A stretch of 64,000 nucleotides of DNA from Lama guanicoe. Lineage: Eukaryota. The stretch covers positions 2,396,076 through 2,460,075 of the forward strand of contig MU056277.1 of assembly GCA_013239625.1 (NCBI GenBank), read 5' to 3'. Of the stretch, positions 49,336-61,000 are shown piece after piece; within the stretch, counting starts at the first letter, position 1; every line of letters starts with the position of its first letter. The position numbers and the translations under genes were made by a program. The notes beneath the pieces were generated by a model. It had not been told where the DNA came from. It worked only from the letters and a program-made list of their open reading frames with translations, and did not search any database.

Positions 49336-52300
49336 CATAGGGCGCTCCCACCGTCTGCTCTCCCTGCAGCCGCGGGAGAGGAGTGGTCCTGACAGCACGA
49401 CCTGGCGGCCATGGCCCTGCTGGTGCAGCCACTGCCAGAGGCAGGCCCCCGGGCAGGTGTGGGGTCGGACAGCCGTCAGGTGTAAGAGGCCAGCTCGTTG
49501 GTGGGGATGTTCCAGTGTGTCTCCGGGTCCCGGTGCACGGAGGACATTAAAGCCCCGCAGGATGACCATCTCTCCTGTGCGACAGTCAAGGAACTTTCTG
49601 GAAGGGCCTTGCGGAGTGTCCAGTGTTTTTCGTCTGTGACCTGAAACTGCCCCTGTATGTCTCCTGGGAGGCCCAAGACGGGGGACCTACAGGGTGAGGG
49701 AGGCTGGGCTGTTGGCAGGACTGGCTTTGTGTCCCAGGGTGGGACAAGTTGATCACCCAATGGCTAGAAATCCCACTTCACTGCATTCTGGTGCAAGAAA
49801 GACCACCTCTGATTTTCCTAAGCCCACTTAGTCTGCACTAGGTCCCCATGGCCCTGAGCAGAGTGATTTAAGCCACCTCGTTGGGTGGGTGTGCCCTTGG
49901 CCCTCGGCAGACAGAGACAGAGCTGCCCACAGGAGGGCCTCCTGGGCGCTCCCTGGGGCTTCTGGGCTGATTCTGGCCAACCCGATAACTGACAAAACCC
50001 AGGAAAGTCGTAGTTGGTCTGCAGTAACGGAATCCTTGGGCACCAAGGGTCCCGTCAGATGCTGTGTCCTCGGCCGGTCCTGCTGCCTGCACCGCCCGCT
50101 GTGCCCCGGACTCAGAGACCCGCCCGGCGCCGGGCCTGAGTGGTGGGGCAGGTGAAACCCACCTCGTCCCCAGGCCCCGCTGTCCACAAGCAAGGCCCTA
50201 CTCCAGCCCTTGGGTGGGTAACAGGGCCTTCGATTAGATGGGACACCTGGCAGGGTGGGGCCTGCGGTGACAGACACCTGAGGCACAGTGGATGGTGGGG
50301 CCCCTGTGCACAGGGCTTTGGTCTTCAGTCTCGCAATTCCCCGAGGTAAGGACGCCCCCTCGTGGGTGTAGTCACCCCCACCCCCTGCCCCAGAGAAGCA
50401 TCTTGGTGAGACAGCGCAGGGCAGACTGGCGTCTCGGAGACTCGAGCTCCAATCACCTTCAGATTTGAAAACAATCTGAGTGGATTTTGGTTGTGGGCAT
50501 GATGGTGCTGGCGAACTACCCTACCCCCACCGCCCAACCCCGGCCTGCAGCTGAAACCACTGCTGGGAGCTAGCTGAGGCTCTGATGGTGGAGAGGGCAG
50601 GGGCCCAGGACCACCGGTGCAGTGCCAGAGAAAGCACACAGGGCCCCAGGAGAGGCTGCTCTCTGTGCCGAGGGGCGGTGGAGGAGGGCTGGCAGGTGGA
50701 AAGCAAGGCGAAGCGGGGACTGCGCTTTGATGAGGCCACGACCCCCCCTGGGCTGTGCCAAGGGGCCCCGTGGGAACCCGGGCTTCCTCCCGCTCTGCCC
50801 GCCTGGCGGGAATGACCACCCCCAGCAACAGGAATGGCCCCCGACCCCCAACCAGCACGGCAGAGGCCACCTGCAGTAACCGGTGCTGCCCCCACCGCCC
50901 CGGGCGCCAGGGAGCCCAGGGTCTGTAACATGACCCCCAGATGTCCAGGACACTGCGAAGGTCACCCATCAGCCAGGAGCCCCCACCCCCAGCTGGACTG
51001 AGCAAGCCTGTCAACAAAGTCAGCATGCAGCCACGGCCAGTGGGGTCACCGATGGCCCCAGCGAGTGATCACCCAGCACCTGAAGGAAGTAGAAACAGAC
51101 AATCTCAGCAAAGGGATAGGGCTGTGAGCCCCGGGGTCGGGATGGAGGGGTTGTTCCAGGCTGTCTGGCAATGCCTGGCAGAACACAGTCCAGTCCTGGA
51201 CCAAAGTCTTTGTCATCCCCCCTTGGTGGCTCTTGGGGACAGTGTGGGCCAGCCGTGTGCTCTCAGGGGCCCAGCCAGGGTGACCGAGGGACCGCTCCTG
51301 CTGATCCCTTGGACTCGGTCACACGCCCAACATGTCTCGGTGACCTTTCTGCTGGGCTCACTGTTAGATCCTCACAGCCAGCTGGGTGTCCCTGTGTTTG
51401 GTCTTCACAGAGCTGGATGGGCCCAGGCCCTGCAGCGAGCGTTCAGATGTGCAAGGAGGGTCATTCCCACAGACGGGTGGGCAGTGAGGCGTGGGATCCC
51501 AGGTGCCCCGGGAACCCCTCAGCACAGTCCAGTGGGGGGTTGGGTCCTCGTCACAGCCCATGGTGTGACGACCCCGACTGGAAATAAAACGAAGAGGTTA
51601 CCGACATTTTGTAAGCTCACAGAAGACCAGTTGGAAAGGAAGCCTCTGTTTGAAAATAAGTTTAGAAATCGTACGAGACAGGCTCTTGGGTACCACCCAG
51701 ACGATTTAACACGAATAAGCCTTGATGCGGCTCTGTACAAACCAGACCTCAGTCCCCCAGTGGCAGCGGAACAGTGTTTTCCGGTTTGTCCTTCTTACGG
51801 GCGGGATGGAGGGCCGAGGAGATGGAGTTCACCCAGGCCGGGGCCTCGGGGTGTGACGGCACAGGTGGTCCAGGCCGGGGCACCTGCCCCGGCTCCTTGC
51901 CCAGCCCCGTGGGCTGGGGGCCGCGGGGCGTCAGTACTGGGTGTGGGCCGTGGGCGCGGAGGCCAGGCCTGCACGTCACAGGAGGCGGCGGGGCTGCACC
52001 CCCAGGGCCGGGAGGTGCCCTTATGGGGGTCAGGGCTGGGCCCCCGCTTCCTGCGGGCACGGAGACTGAGCCTTGGGAGGAGAGTCTCCCTGCGAGGGCT
52101 CATCCGAGGGGCGGGAGACGGTGGCTGCACGATCTTCCAGGGAAGCCCCCACAGCATTTGTGGTTGGAAACACTGGTGCCTCAGAGAACATCTCCCGTCT
52201 GGCCCCGCCGCCCCGCCGGGCACAGGCAGGCGGGGCCCTGCATCTCCCAGCCTGGTCTGCATTATTCATCCCCAGCGCACCTCAGGGCTATCTGCTTACA

Positions 52301-54258
52301 GGCGACTGGTGTTTTTGTGTCTGCACTGCCCTGGCCCCCCGAGGCCCACACCAGGCTGTCACTCGTGCTCCTTGCCTGCACAGCGGCCAGTGGCTGTGGA
52401 CCTGGAACCGACCGGGCCTGTGCTGACGAACGGGCTTCCTGCTGACTCCCGAAGTCTTTTAACCCCTCTCTTTTTAGAGCTGGTCCTGGTTTCAGGGGCC
52501 TGGTGCCCACTCTCTGCTCAAACAAACAGGAGGAGGGGACGGGTCCTCCTCCACGATCTCCCCCAGGTCGGCAGAGACACCGACCTGGCAGGAGCAGGTG
52601 CTGATCAGGGTGTGGGGACCATGCTCATTCCATCTCTGTCAACAAGGCTTTTCTGGGCGCCCCCACGAGCTCCATGCGGCTCCAAGCAGGGAACAAAAGG
52701 CAGGGTGCCAGGATGAGCTTGGTTTCCTCACAGGACTGAGTGAGTGCCGGGGTGGCCCGGTGGCACTTCCTCACACCCGCCTTCGTCCGGCCCCGGGGCC
52801 GGTTCCCTGGCGCGCTCTGGCCCACTGCGGCAGCAGGGGCCCGCATGCTGGCACAGCACCCAGGGCCCACACTCCCTTCTTGGGTTGCTGGGTCATGTAT
52901 TTTTAAATCACCCTGATCATAATTTAAGAAGCTAAATTCTACACTCTTCATCCTCTCCCCTGTGCAAGCTGGAGCCTATGACATTCCTCCTTGGAGGAGG
53001 GAGGCCAGGGCAGGGAGGGGTGGATGGGCAGGAGTCCCTGTGATTCTGCCCACTGGTGGTTTCTCCAGAGCCAAAGCCTGGTGCTGAGAGGTGGTGACTG
53101 AAGGAAGAGGGTGGTGAGCCGGTGCCCAGGCCAGACTCTGCTGCTGCAGCTCCAGGCCCTGGCCCTGCAGTCACCAGGCCCCGGCCCCCTCAGCAGGCGG
53201 GGAGGAGGCAGATGTGTGCGGGCCACAGAAGGCCACCTGAGCGTGGTGGGGACACCAGGGGCAGGCGATGAGGACCGATGGCCCGATGAGCCCCCTACCC
53301 GCTGCCAGCGTGACAGGTCTTAGGATCTTCAAACGCTTTACAAGAACCAGGAAGGAGGTTGGTATCAGGGAAGACAACAGGCATTTATCATCACTGTTTT
53401 AATAAATTAGCTTCTTAATGTCGGTAATAATTGGTCCAGACCCTCTGATTGTCCTCAGACCGGTAGAAGACAGATTTCCTCATCTTTTCATAACTGCCTT
53501 TGCAAGAGCTAGATTAAATTATGTTTAAAAATACCCTGATCCAGACGATCGCTCCCTGCAGAGTTCAGCTGCTGCAGGCGTCCTCAGGCCCGCGCGGATG
53601 TACAAGTTGTCTGTCGGCATCCTCAGCTGGACAGCAGTGACCCCCACGCTGTGGCTGCACTGCTTGGGCTCCTGGAGGGGTGGGGGTTCCTGGGGGACTC
53701 TGACGATCTCTGTCCCCACAGCTCGACACGCAGGCCTTGGAGGAGACCTAAGTCTGCTCTGGTCCCGTGGACTAGCCTCCTGGTCCTCAGTCCTCCTCTG
53801 GGCGGGGGAGCAGGGGAGGGGGGTGGTCATGAGCTGATCATGACTCACGTGGCTCCCTGCCCTGTGACCCTCCTGAGCTTCCCCCGCCGAGCCTGCCTGG
53901 GCCCCAGCTGCAGGGCAGCGTGGACAGAACACTCGGACACCGTGTGCCTTCTCCCCGACACACACAGGTGCCCCGGCTGGCAGGGCCAGGCCTTGTTTTC
54001 AAAGCGACCAACCAAATCAGACTCACCTCCTGTCAGAAAATGTTAGGAATTACTCTCCATTTTGGGCAGATGGGCAAACAGGCATCTCCACGACCACCAG
54101 CCGCTTCTGGATTTACTTCTCACCCTCCTGGGGATGGTGTTGGGGGAGATGGCGAGTTTTCAGGGGCTGGGCTGGTGCTGCCCCACCGACCATGTTTCTC
54201 ACCCGTCCTGTTCCTCCGTGCCCAAAGTGAGGGCTGCGCGGAGGGGACACCTCGCCTT

Positions 54259-54676
54259 GGAGGGAGGAGGAGATGTCCCCTCTTCTCCCTGAGCTCTGGG
54301 CTGAGGCCCTCGTACAGTAGACAGAGGAACGAGACACGGTTCATTAATGTGCAGCACACATCACATATCACACAGCATGGGCAGCGTCTCAGCGGAGGAC
54401 AGAGGCCTCCCAGAGCCGGGGCGGGACCCAGGAAAGCCATCTCAGCCCCGAAGGGCGGCTACCGGTGGGAAGGGGCGTACACGGGACGAAAGTAAAGGGT
54501 GAGGTCTGCAGAGGCTGCTGGCGCCTCCCTGGGGCGGGGAAGGTCTGTCTCTAGTCAAAGGAGGATTTTCCGTTTTTAGGCAGAAAGAGGGAGCTTTTTC
54601 TTCTTAATTGCCTTCAGCTCAAAATAATTTTTATGTGATAGAGGCACATTCAGGGTGATGTCTTCTGGTTCCCTCA
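54259..54676 (-). mobile_element. ERV1-class solo LTR (MER34/MER39-like), antisense
   Basis: Minus strand begins TGAGGGAACCAGAAGACATCACCCTGAATGTGCC...ATTATTTTGAGCTGAAGGCAATTAAGAA, matching the MER34-family 5' end as I recall it. Confidence 0.65.
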
Positions 54677-54728
54677 CCTTTCTTCTCCCGCTGGAAGTCC
54701 TCCTTGTCAGAGCCCTCGAACCCCACGG

Positions 54729-55080
54729 TGTATCATGACTTAAACACCACCACTTATTCCCGTATGACTCTGGAGCCAGGTGTCCAAAATGGGGTTCACC
54801 AGGCTACAGTCAAGGCGTGGGAAGGGTGTCTAAGGGCGAACCTGCCTCCCTGCCTCTTCCAGGTCTGGAAGCCACCTGCCCCCCCTAGGCTCGTGGCCCC
54901 AGGTCCCCTCCCGCCTGGGGCAGCTGCTCCATCCTGTTCTGACCCCTCTCCCCCCTTCTAAGGACCCTTGTGGCGATGTTTAGGGCCACCTGAGTAATCC
55001 AGGCTCACCTCCACCTCAGGGTCCTGAGCTTAGTAAGCCCCTGTCACCGCAGACGGTGCTGCTCCCAGGTCCCGAGCCCC
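54729..55080 (-). mobile_element. MaLR (MLT1-type) LTR remnant, antisense
   Basis: ...CTTAAACACCACCACTTATTC...TCTGGAGCCAGGTGTCCAAAAT...TGCCTCTTCCAG...TAAGGACCCTTGTG...GTAATCCAGG pattern typical of reverse MLT1. Confidence 0.65.
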
Positions 55081-55159
55081 GGACCTTGTACCACACACAT
55101 GTGTGTGAGCCACCCCAGCTGAAGGCTGAGTGGAGCAGGGCAGGGTGTCCACTCCAGGC

Positions 55160-55250
55160 CTTGCCCAAATTCCAAATTCACCAGCAAAATAAATGCTCTT
55201 ATTTAAGCCGCTACGTTCCAGGGTGACTTGACGCACAGCTGTGGTGCTGA
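55160..55250 (+). mobile_element. MLT1 LTR 3'-end fragment
   Basis: CCCAAATTCC...GCAAAATAAATGCTCTTATTTAAGCCGCTACGTT...GGGTGACTTG resembles MLT1 U5 end. Confidence 0.5.
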
Positions 55251-56269
55251 TAGCCTTCAAGGCCCCGTCTGACTGTAAACACCTACCATCCTATGACTTT
55301 CATCTTCTGACCTCCTCCAAGCCAGAACGTCTTTCCTGGATGTTCTTGGGCAAGACTCGCAGGAGGGGTCCTCGGGCAGCCCCTGTATCCCCTCCCTATC
55401 AAATCAACACCTGGCCAGTCTCCTGGTTCCTGGAGCTCTGTCTCGTGATAACTAACCGCCTGACTGCCACCCAAGTGTCAAGCCAGCTGCCTCCTGGTCA
55501 TCCAACACCTGCTTCTTTCTGGAGCCTTCATGATGGCCCAGGTCACAGTGAAGCCCCTCCTGCCTGTTCACAAGGTGAGTATGATGCACACGGGGTCACC
55601 TTGGAACTGGCCTGTCTCCGTGTCTGCTTTCCCACCAGAGCTGGGCGCCTCTAGGGCCCCAAGGCGGTGCCCACCCCCATGCCCATCCCAGCAGCTGTTT
55701 GGAGCAGTGTCTGTGCTTAGGGCCGGGATGGGAGGGGCCTCCATCCTGTGGTTCCACAGCCCACTCTTGCGGACCCCTCTAAAGCAGGCTCCCCTGTGGC
55801 CCTGACGTCACTTCGAGTCAGTCGTCTGTAAGGCCCCTGATCCCCATGAGCCGTCAGGCTGGCCTCCTGCTCGCCTGGCTTGCCCATTGGTACTGCCTCA
55901 CGCCCCAGGGGTGGCAGACGCCACCTCTCAGTGACGGAAGCTCTCCCTCCTCCGCTCAGCCCTCTCCCTGCCTTTCCCTAAGTCCTGGCAGCGCTGCTTT
56001 GAATGCACTCTGCCTTGCCCTCCGCTGCTGTGTGTGCTATGCACGCAGGAGCGCTCGCTCCACCAGGACACCTGGCTGCTTTGTCTGTCCGTCCTTCGCA
56101 CGTGTGTGGAACAGGGTCCAGTATATGCAGTGGACGCTGGACACAAGTCAAACGGCGTCTGTGAGTGAACAGTACTGTTTCCATGCTTAAAACTGCACGT
56201 AAATGGTACTATCCTTAATACTGTGAAATACTTGTTCTAGGAGTTGTTCCTATCGATGCGTGAAGCGCT

Positions 56270-57010
56270 TCTGCGCGTTAGCCACCATGCAGTGCGCCCC
56301 GGGAAGCGTCCTGAGACATCGCGGGGTGCAAGCAGCATTCACCCATTCACCAAGAGCTCAGTTTGAATACTGCGCGCCACCCTCTGAGAACAAAGGTGAA
56401 ACGCGCATTTCTGCCCACGGAGCTGTGTGGGCAGTTGCGGGACAGACCCCCGGGGGCTGCGTGCGGGGACGCGGGGGGGCGCAGACACAAGTCCCGCGGG
56501 GCTCCCGCGTACCCCGCACGGGTCTTCCCTCCCCTGGTGTTCGATCTCCGGGAAAATCGGGAGGGGGCGGGAAGGCCGGGGGAGGGGAAGGGGGCGGAGC
56601 CAGGGCGGGAGCGCAGGTGGGAAGCGGGCAGACTGACGCGGACAGAAGGGGCGGCGCTCCGGGCGGCGGATCCTCGCGGCCACCGCGCGCTCCACCGTCG
56701 TCGCTGCGCAGGAGGAGAGGCTGCCCGGCGCCACCGCCCGCAGGAGCAGTCCCCTCCCCGCGGGAGCAGCCCCCCAGGGATGCAGCCGCTCCCGCCGCCG
56801 GTGCCCGGGCCCCTGGCTCTGCTGGACGCGACAGGTGAGCGCACAGGCGAGCACAGGCTCGGGCGCGCGGTTGTGGGGCCGCTTCCGCGGGGCTCGCCGC
56901 CCGGGAGCGCAGGCTCCGCGCCCTCTCCGCCCCCAGCTCCGCTGGGGACCCTTGGCGTTGGCGCAGGCCCTCCATTCACAGCCTCTGCGCTCCCTCCGCT
57001 TCTTCCTGGG
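56270..57010 (+). promoter_or_regulatory. TMEM255B: TMEM255B CpG-island promoter
   Basis: CpG-dense, several GGGCGG boxes at 56560-56660, surrounds the first coding exon. Confidence 0.85.
56780..56834 (+). CDS. TMEM255B: TMEM255B (FAM70B) coding exon 1: MQPLPPPVPGPLALLDAT
   Basis: gggATGC start; donor ACAG|GTGAGC; 55 nt (phase 1) joins exon 2 in frame; similar to human MQPPVPGPLGLLDPA as recalled. Confidence 0.9.
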
Positions 57011-57890
57011 CGTCTCTGCCCTTGTGCCTGTCTCGCCCTGTCCCTTTCCCCACTGTCTATTATTATGAAAAATACACCACGATAGACATAACCGGACAAC
57101 CCTCTCCTTCCCCCCCACAAATTTCTAGGAAAAGTTTGTTTTACGGACCCTGGTAGCATCTTCCTGCTTGAAAGTGACCAAGGCACTTACAGCTTTCCCG
57201 GGCTTGCTGGGCTCCAGCGCGTCCTCCCGGGCTTCTCCCCTCATCAGTGCGCGGAATCTCTCATTTGCTGATTTCCAAACCAAGCCCGATGAGGCCAGAA
57301 GCCAAGCCGGCGGGAAACAGGAAGCCGGCCGCCTGATCACAGGTTCCCAGTGCTTTTGTTTCTGTACCGCGAAGTGGTTGGGACTGGAGCAGTGCCGGGT
57401 GCGTTTTCCTGAAGGGGAGAGGCAGAGACGGTTTTGAAAAGAAGAGAAAACATAGTTGCACAGTCAGTGGTGCTCTGCCGGCTGGAATGAGGGTGGTGAT
57501 GTCTCGGCGCCCTGCTGCTGCTGCAGAGGTGAGCCGGCTGAACAAGCGTGCTTGACCTCACACCCTGTTGGGAGTGTCTGCAAAGTCTTTTCCAAAAAAC
57601 TAGATGAGTAGTGTTGCTTGATTTTCTGATAATAATCAAGGAATCTAGCTTCTTCCTAAAGGAAACAACTCTACGCCCCTACTCTCTAGAGCAAAATGCT
57701 CCATGACAAACTGACTTCCTTCCTCAGGGAAACACGTGTTACAACTGTTTGTTACTACCAGTTATTATTAACTAGCTGTCACTGTTGGCATCACTATTGT
57801 ATTAGAATGGTCTGATGATTTAAAAATAGCACTTCTGACTTAGGTTTTTCTTCTGAAGAGGAACTTTGAATTTAAAAAATGCTGGGGTTG

Positions 57891-58021
57891 GGGGAGGGAA
57901 TAGCTCAAGTGGTAGAGCACATGCCTAGCATACCTGAGGTCCTGGGTTCAATCCCCACCACCTCCACTGAAAAATCAAATAAATAAATAAATCTAATTAC
58001 CTCCCCCCTGCAAAAAAAAAA
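57891..58021 (+). mobile_element. tRNA-derived SINE (camelid-type) with 17-bp TSD
   Basis: GGGGAGGGAATAGCTCAAGTGGTAGAGC (A box) ... GGGTTCAATCCC (B box), A-rich tail; TSD AAAAAATGCTGGGGTTG at 57874-57890 and 58016-58032. Confidence 0.92.
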
Positions 58022-61000
58022 TGCTGGGGTTGGTGTTTAATTTAAAAGCCCTAAACCTCATGCGTCTGGGCTGGGATGGTGGGTATTTTCTCTTACATCT
58101 CGGCGTGCGCTACTTGGAAAAGCAGACCACAAGGGGAGCTGATGGCTGAGGGCACAGCACTGCCCGTTCTCCCTGGATTGTCGCTTTGCCCCCACGGCCG
58201 CTGTCATGAGTGAATGAGCTCCTTCTTCCTTCTCGGAGGCTGGGCCCTGCTGGCAGGGAGGCCGTGACAAGGACCCTCCCGAGCTGTGCCCCCATCTTTG
58301 CGACTCCTTCCTGGCTCCACTAAGTGGAGAAAGTGCAGAAAGGGGGGCAGCACGGGGTCTCCCCCGACCCTGCCTGTCTTCCAGACGCAGCCAGGTGCCC
58401 GAGGGGGCTGATGGTGGGCGGCAGGGCAGGGGCAGGAGGGGCTCCGGGGAGCGACCAGGTGCAGTCCCGAGACATTCTAGACGGACTGGAGTCAGAACAG
58501 CGAGCAGGACGGGTGAGCACCTCGGCCTTCAGCTCCCACCTCGGGGCACCTCCCCTCAGCTCCCAGGTGGAGAGGCACCGGTGAAGAGTAAGCACTTTGC
58601 CGTCCTTGTGTTGGCACCCCCGTGGTCACGTGTTCATTACGTGCATAGAGACACACCTCGCGCCTTCCTGGCCGTTCTCTCACTGGGTCCTTACAGCAGG
58701 TAGGAGGTGAGGAGGCAGGTGGCTGTCATGACCTCTGCTGTGCAGATCAGGAAACACGTTCACCCTTCGCTTGACACCAGGGGCCCTGGTGGCCCTGCAC
58801 GACCCTGGCCCTCGGGGCTCAGAGAGGGCGAGCCTGGGCAGCCACACAGCAGTTGGGCACAGTTCCTGTAAGTTGCCACCATGGCTAGAAGCCTCATAGT
58901 ACATAAGTTCACGGACAGTCAGGACACCTCCCCATGAAGGCCTTGGCTCTAGCACTGCGCACAGGAGGAGTCCCGCCGGTGGGAGAGGGGCTCGAGGGAG
59001 CCATTCAGGGAACACTGGCTTTTTCGCCCAGCGTGGAGGACCGGATCTGAAAATGCGTGGGTCGTGTGGTAATCAGAAAGGTAGCCTGCCTTCTTGATTT
59101 TCTCTCTTCTTGTCTGTTTAAATGCAGAATTCTATGTTTGTAAAGAGCGTTGAAGGTAGGGATTCACCTTTTTTTTTAAATCTCTGTTGTACCTGGAGTC
59201 TAAGTATTACAGTTCGTGTCACTGGAAGGAGGTTGTTCAGGACCACCCTTCCCAGCGCCCCGGGCTTCACGTCCCCTTGAAACCTACGATCAAAATCCAG
59301 ACAAGACAGCTCACGTCTTCCGCTTTTTATCACGTGGCAGTTTCAGAGGCAAAGGCAGACTCAGGAAGCAGTGGGGAAATGGCAGAGTTAGACTGGGAGT
59401 GGTTCCCGCGAAGATCTATGTGGTCCTGAAGGAGGGGTGTTTGATGCGTGTGTCAGAATGTCACGCCGGGCTTGACAAGGTCCCCCCGGGACTGGTGGCC
59501 TGGTGGGGCCGATCAGATCCCCGCTTATCACACAGCTTCCCTAAAGGGACAGATCAGGGCGGAGTCCAGAGCCTCAGGAATCAGAATGTGGTCAGGTGGG
59601 TCTGCCAGACGGGCCACAGGGGGCCACGAGACGAGGCCCAGACGGTCAGAACTGTGGTTTGAAGCAGCTGCCAAGACTAATGGTTAATTGTTTTACGTGT
59701 AACAGACGTGTAATGAGTGAAATTAGGGAAAACAGCAAAAACCAAAGTCCTGTGAAGAGCAGGGCGTTCGTCTGACGTTTTCTGAGATACGCAGCCGCAT
59801 CACGTTTAGTTTTCGGAGTCATACTGCTCTTACCCCTGTTTGAACAACTGGGATTGAAAAGGGAACCTAGGAAAGAAACCGCCGAGGAAGAGCAGCTGGA
59901 AAAGCTGCCGACCGATGGGAACCGATACAAGATTTAGGAACAAAGCAGGTGAATCGACAAGCCCCTTAGTGAAGGCGCTCTTGTGAGTGAGTTGCGTTTG
60001 GAGGGGGACTGAAGAAGCCGGAAAGCTTCTTGCAGCATGTTAAGCTGTTAAAAACAGACTCGAAGGTACTTTTGTCCCAATTAAAGGAAAAAATAAACGC
60101 ATTGAAAAAAGACCCCAAGATTATCTGCCCACTTCCAGCGCTGGAAGATGGAATCACTGTGAATTTCAGTTTTTTCCTCAGTATTTAGTATACTTTATAA
60201 ATGTTCTAAGAAATAACTGTTGCTCTTACGAGCAGATAAAGATCATACATGTTTAATATAAAACTTCACTCTTACTTTTCCTTGTAGAAGTGCTGTTTTT
60301 CATCTTGGGGATATTTTCCGGCCCCCATCTGGGTTGGCTTTTAGCTCATAGACAGTGAGAGGCATGGAAAGGGGAGTCCCTGAGTAACTGAAAAAGCCAG
60401 GCGTGGGGAAGAAGGAGGGGGGTGAGGCTGGGGAGGGAGAGGAGACTTGGTGGGGGCTGGGGTGGGCACCCAGGACTGTCCAGCCAGCGCCGCCTGACCG
60501 CGGACACGGGTCCTGAGTGGGCACTTCCTCACCACCTGCAAAAGCACAGCAGGTACCAGGAGCCCTGTCTTGGCACGAGTCTGACAGTGGCCTGGCCTCA
60601 GGCCACCGGGGGAGAGCACCTCTGGGGGCGGGCGGGCTGCGGGGCTAGTGTGAGGCTGGATGGAGGTGGGAGTTGGCTCTAGAACCAGGGCTGGGTTTGG
60701 AAGCTGGGGCGGTGTCGCAAAAGCCAAGCCCGTGGCCGTGGGCGTGGCCGAGGAGCGGGCGTGGCCTGGGCAGCGGTCTCTGCGCTCCTTGCTCCGCCCA
60801 CTCCTCTCCTCCACGCTCGCCCTGCCAAGCCTGCCTTGCTGGGCCCTGGAACCCTCGGGCCGGCGTCCCTGGGGCGGGCGGGGCTGGTCCGGGGCTGCAT
60901 CAAGACCCCTGTGCTGTTGGAGTGGGCGGCCTTTTGCAGCCACCGGCCCAGAGGCCTCGCTTCCCGGAGCCCTTGCTGAGTGTGCGCCCTGGCCGCCCCG

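Noticed and set aside
57891-57965. tRNA gene
   Set aside because: A and B boxes are present, but the A-rich tail and flanking TSD identify it as a tRNA-derived SINE.
59991-60188. Protein-like open stretch (FGGGLKKPESFLQHVKLLKTDSKVLLSQLKEKINALKK...)
   Set aside because: No start codon or convincing splice sites; intronic AT-rich sequence, probably an ancient repeat remnant.
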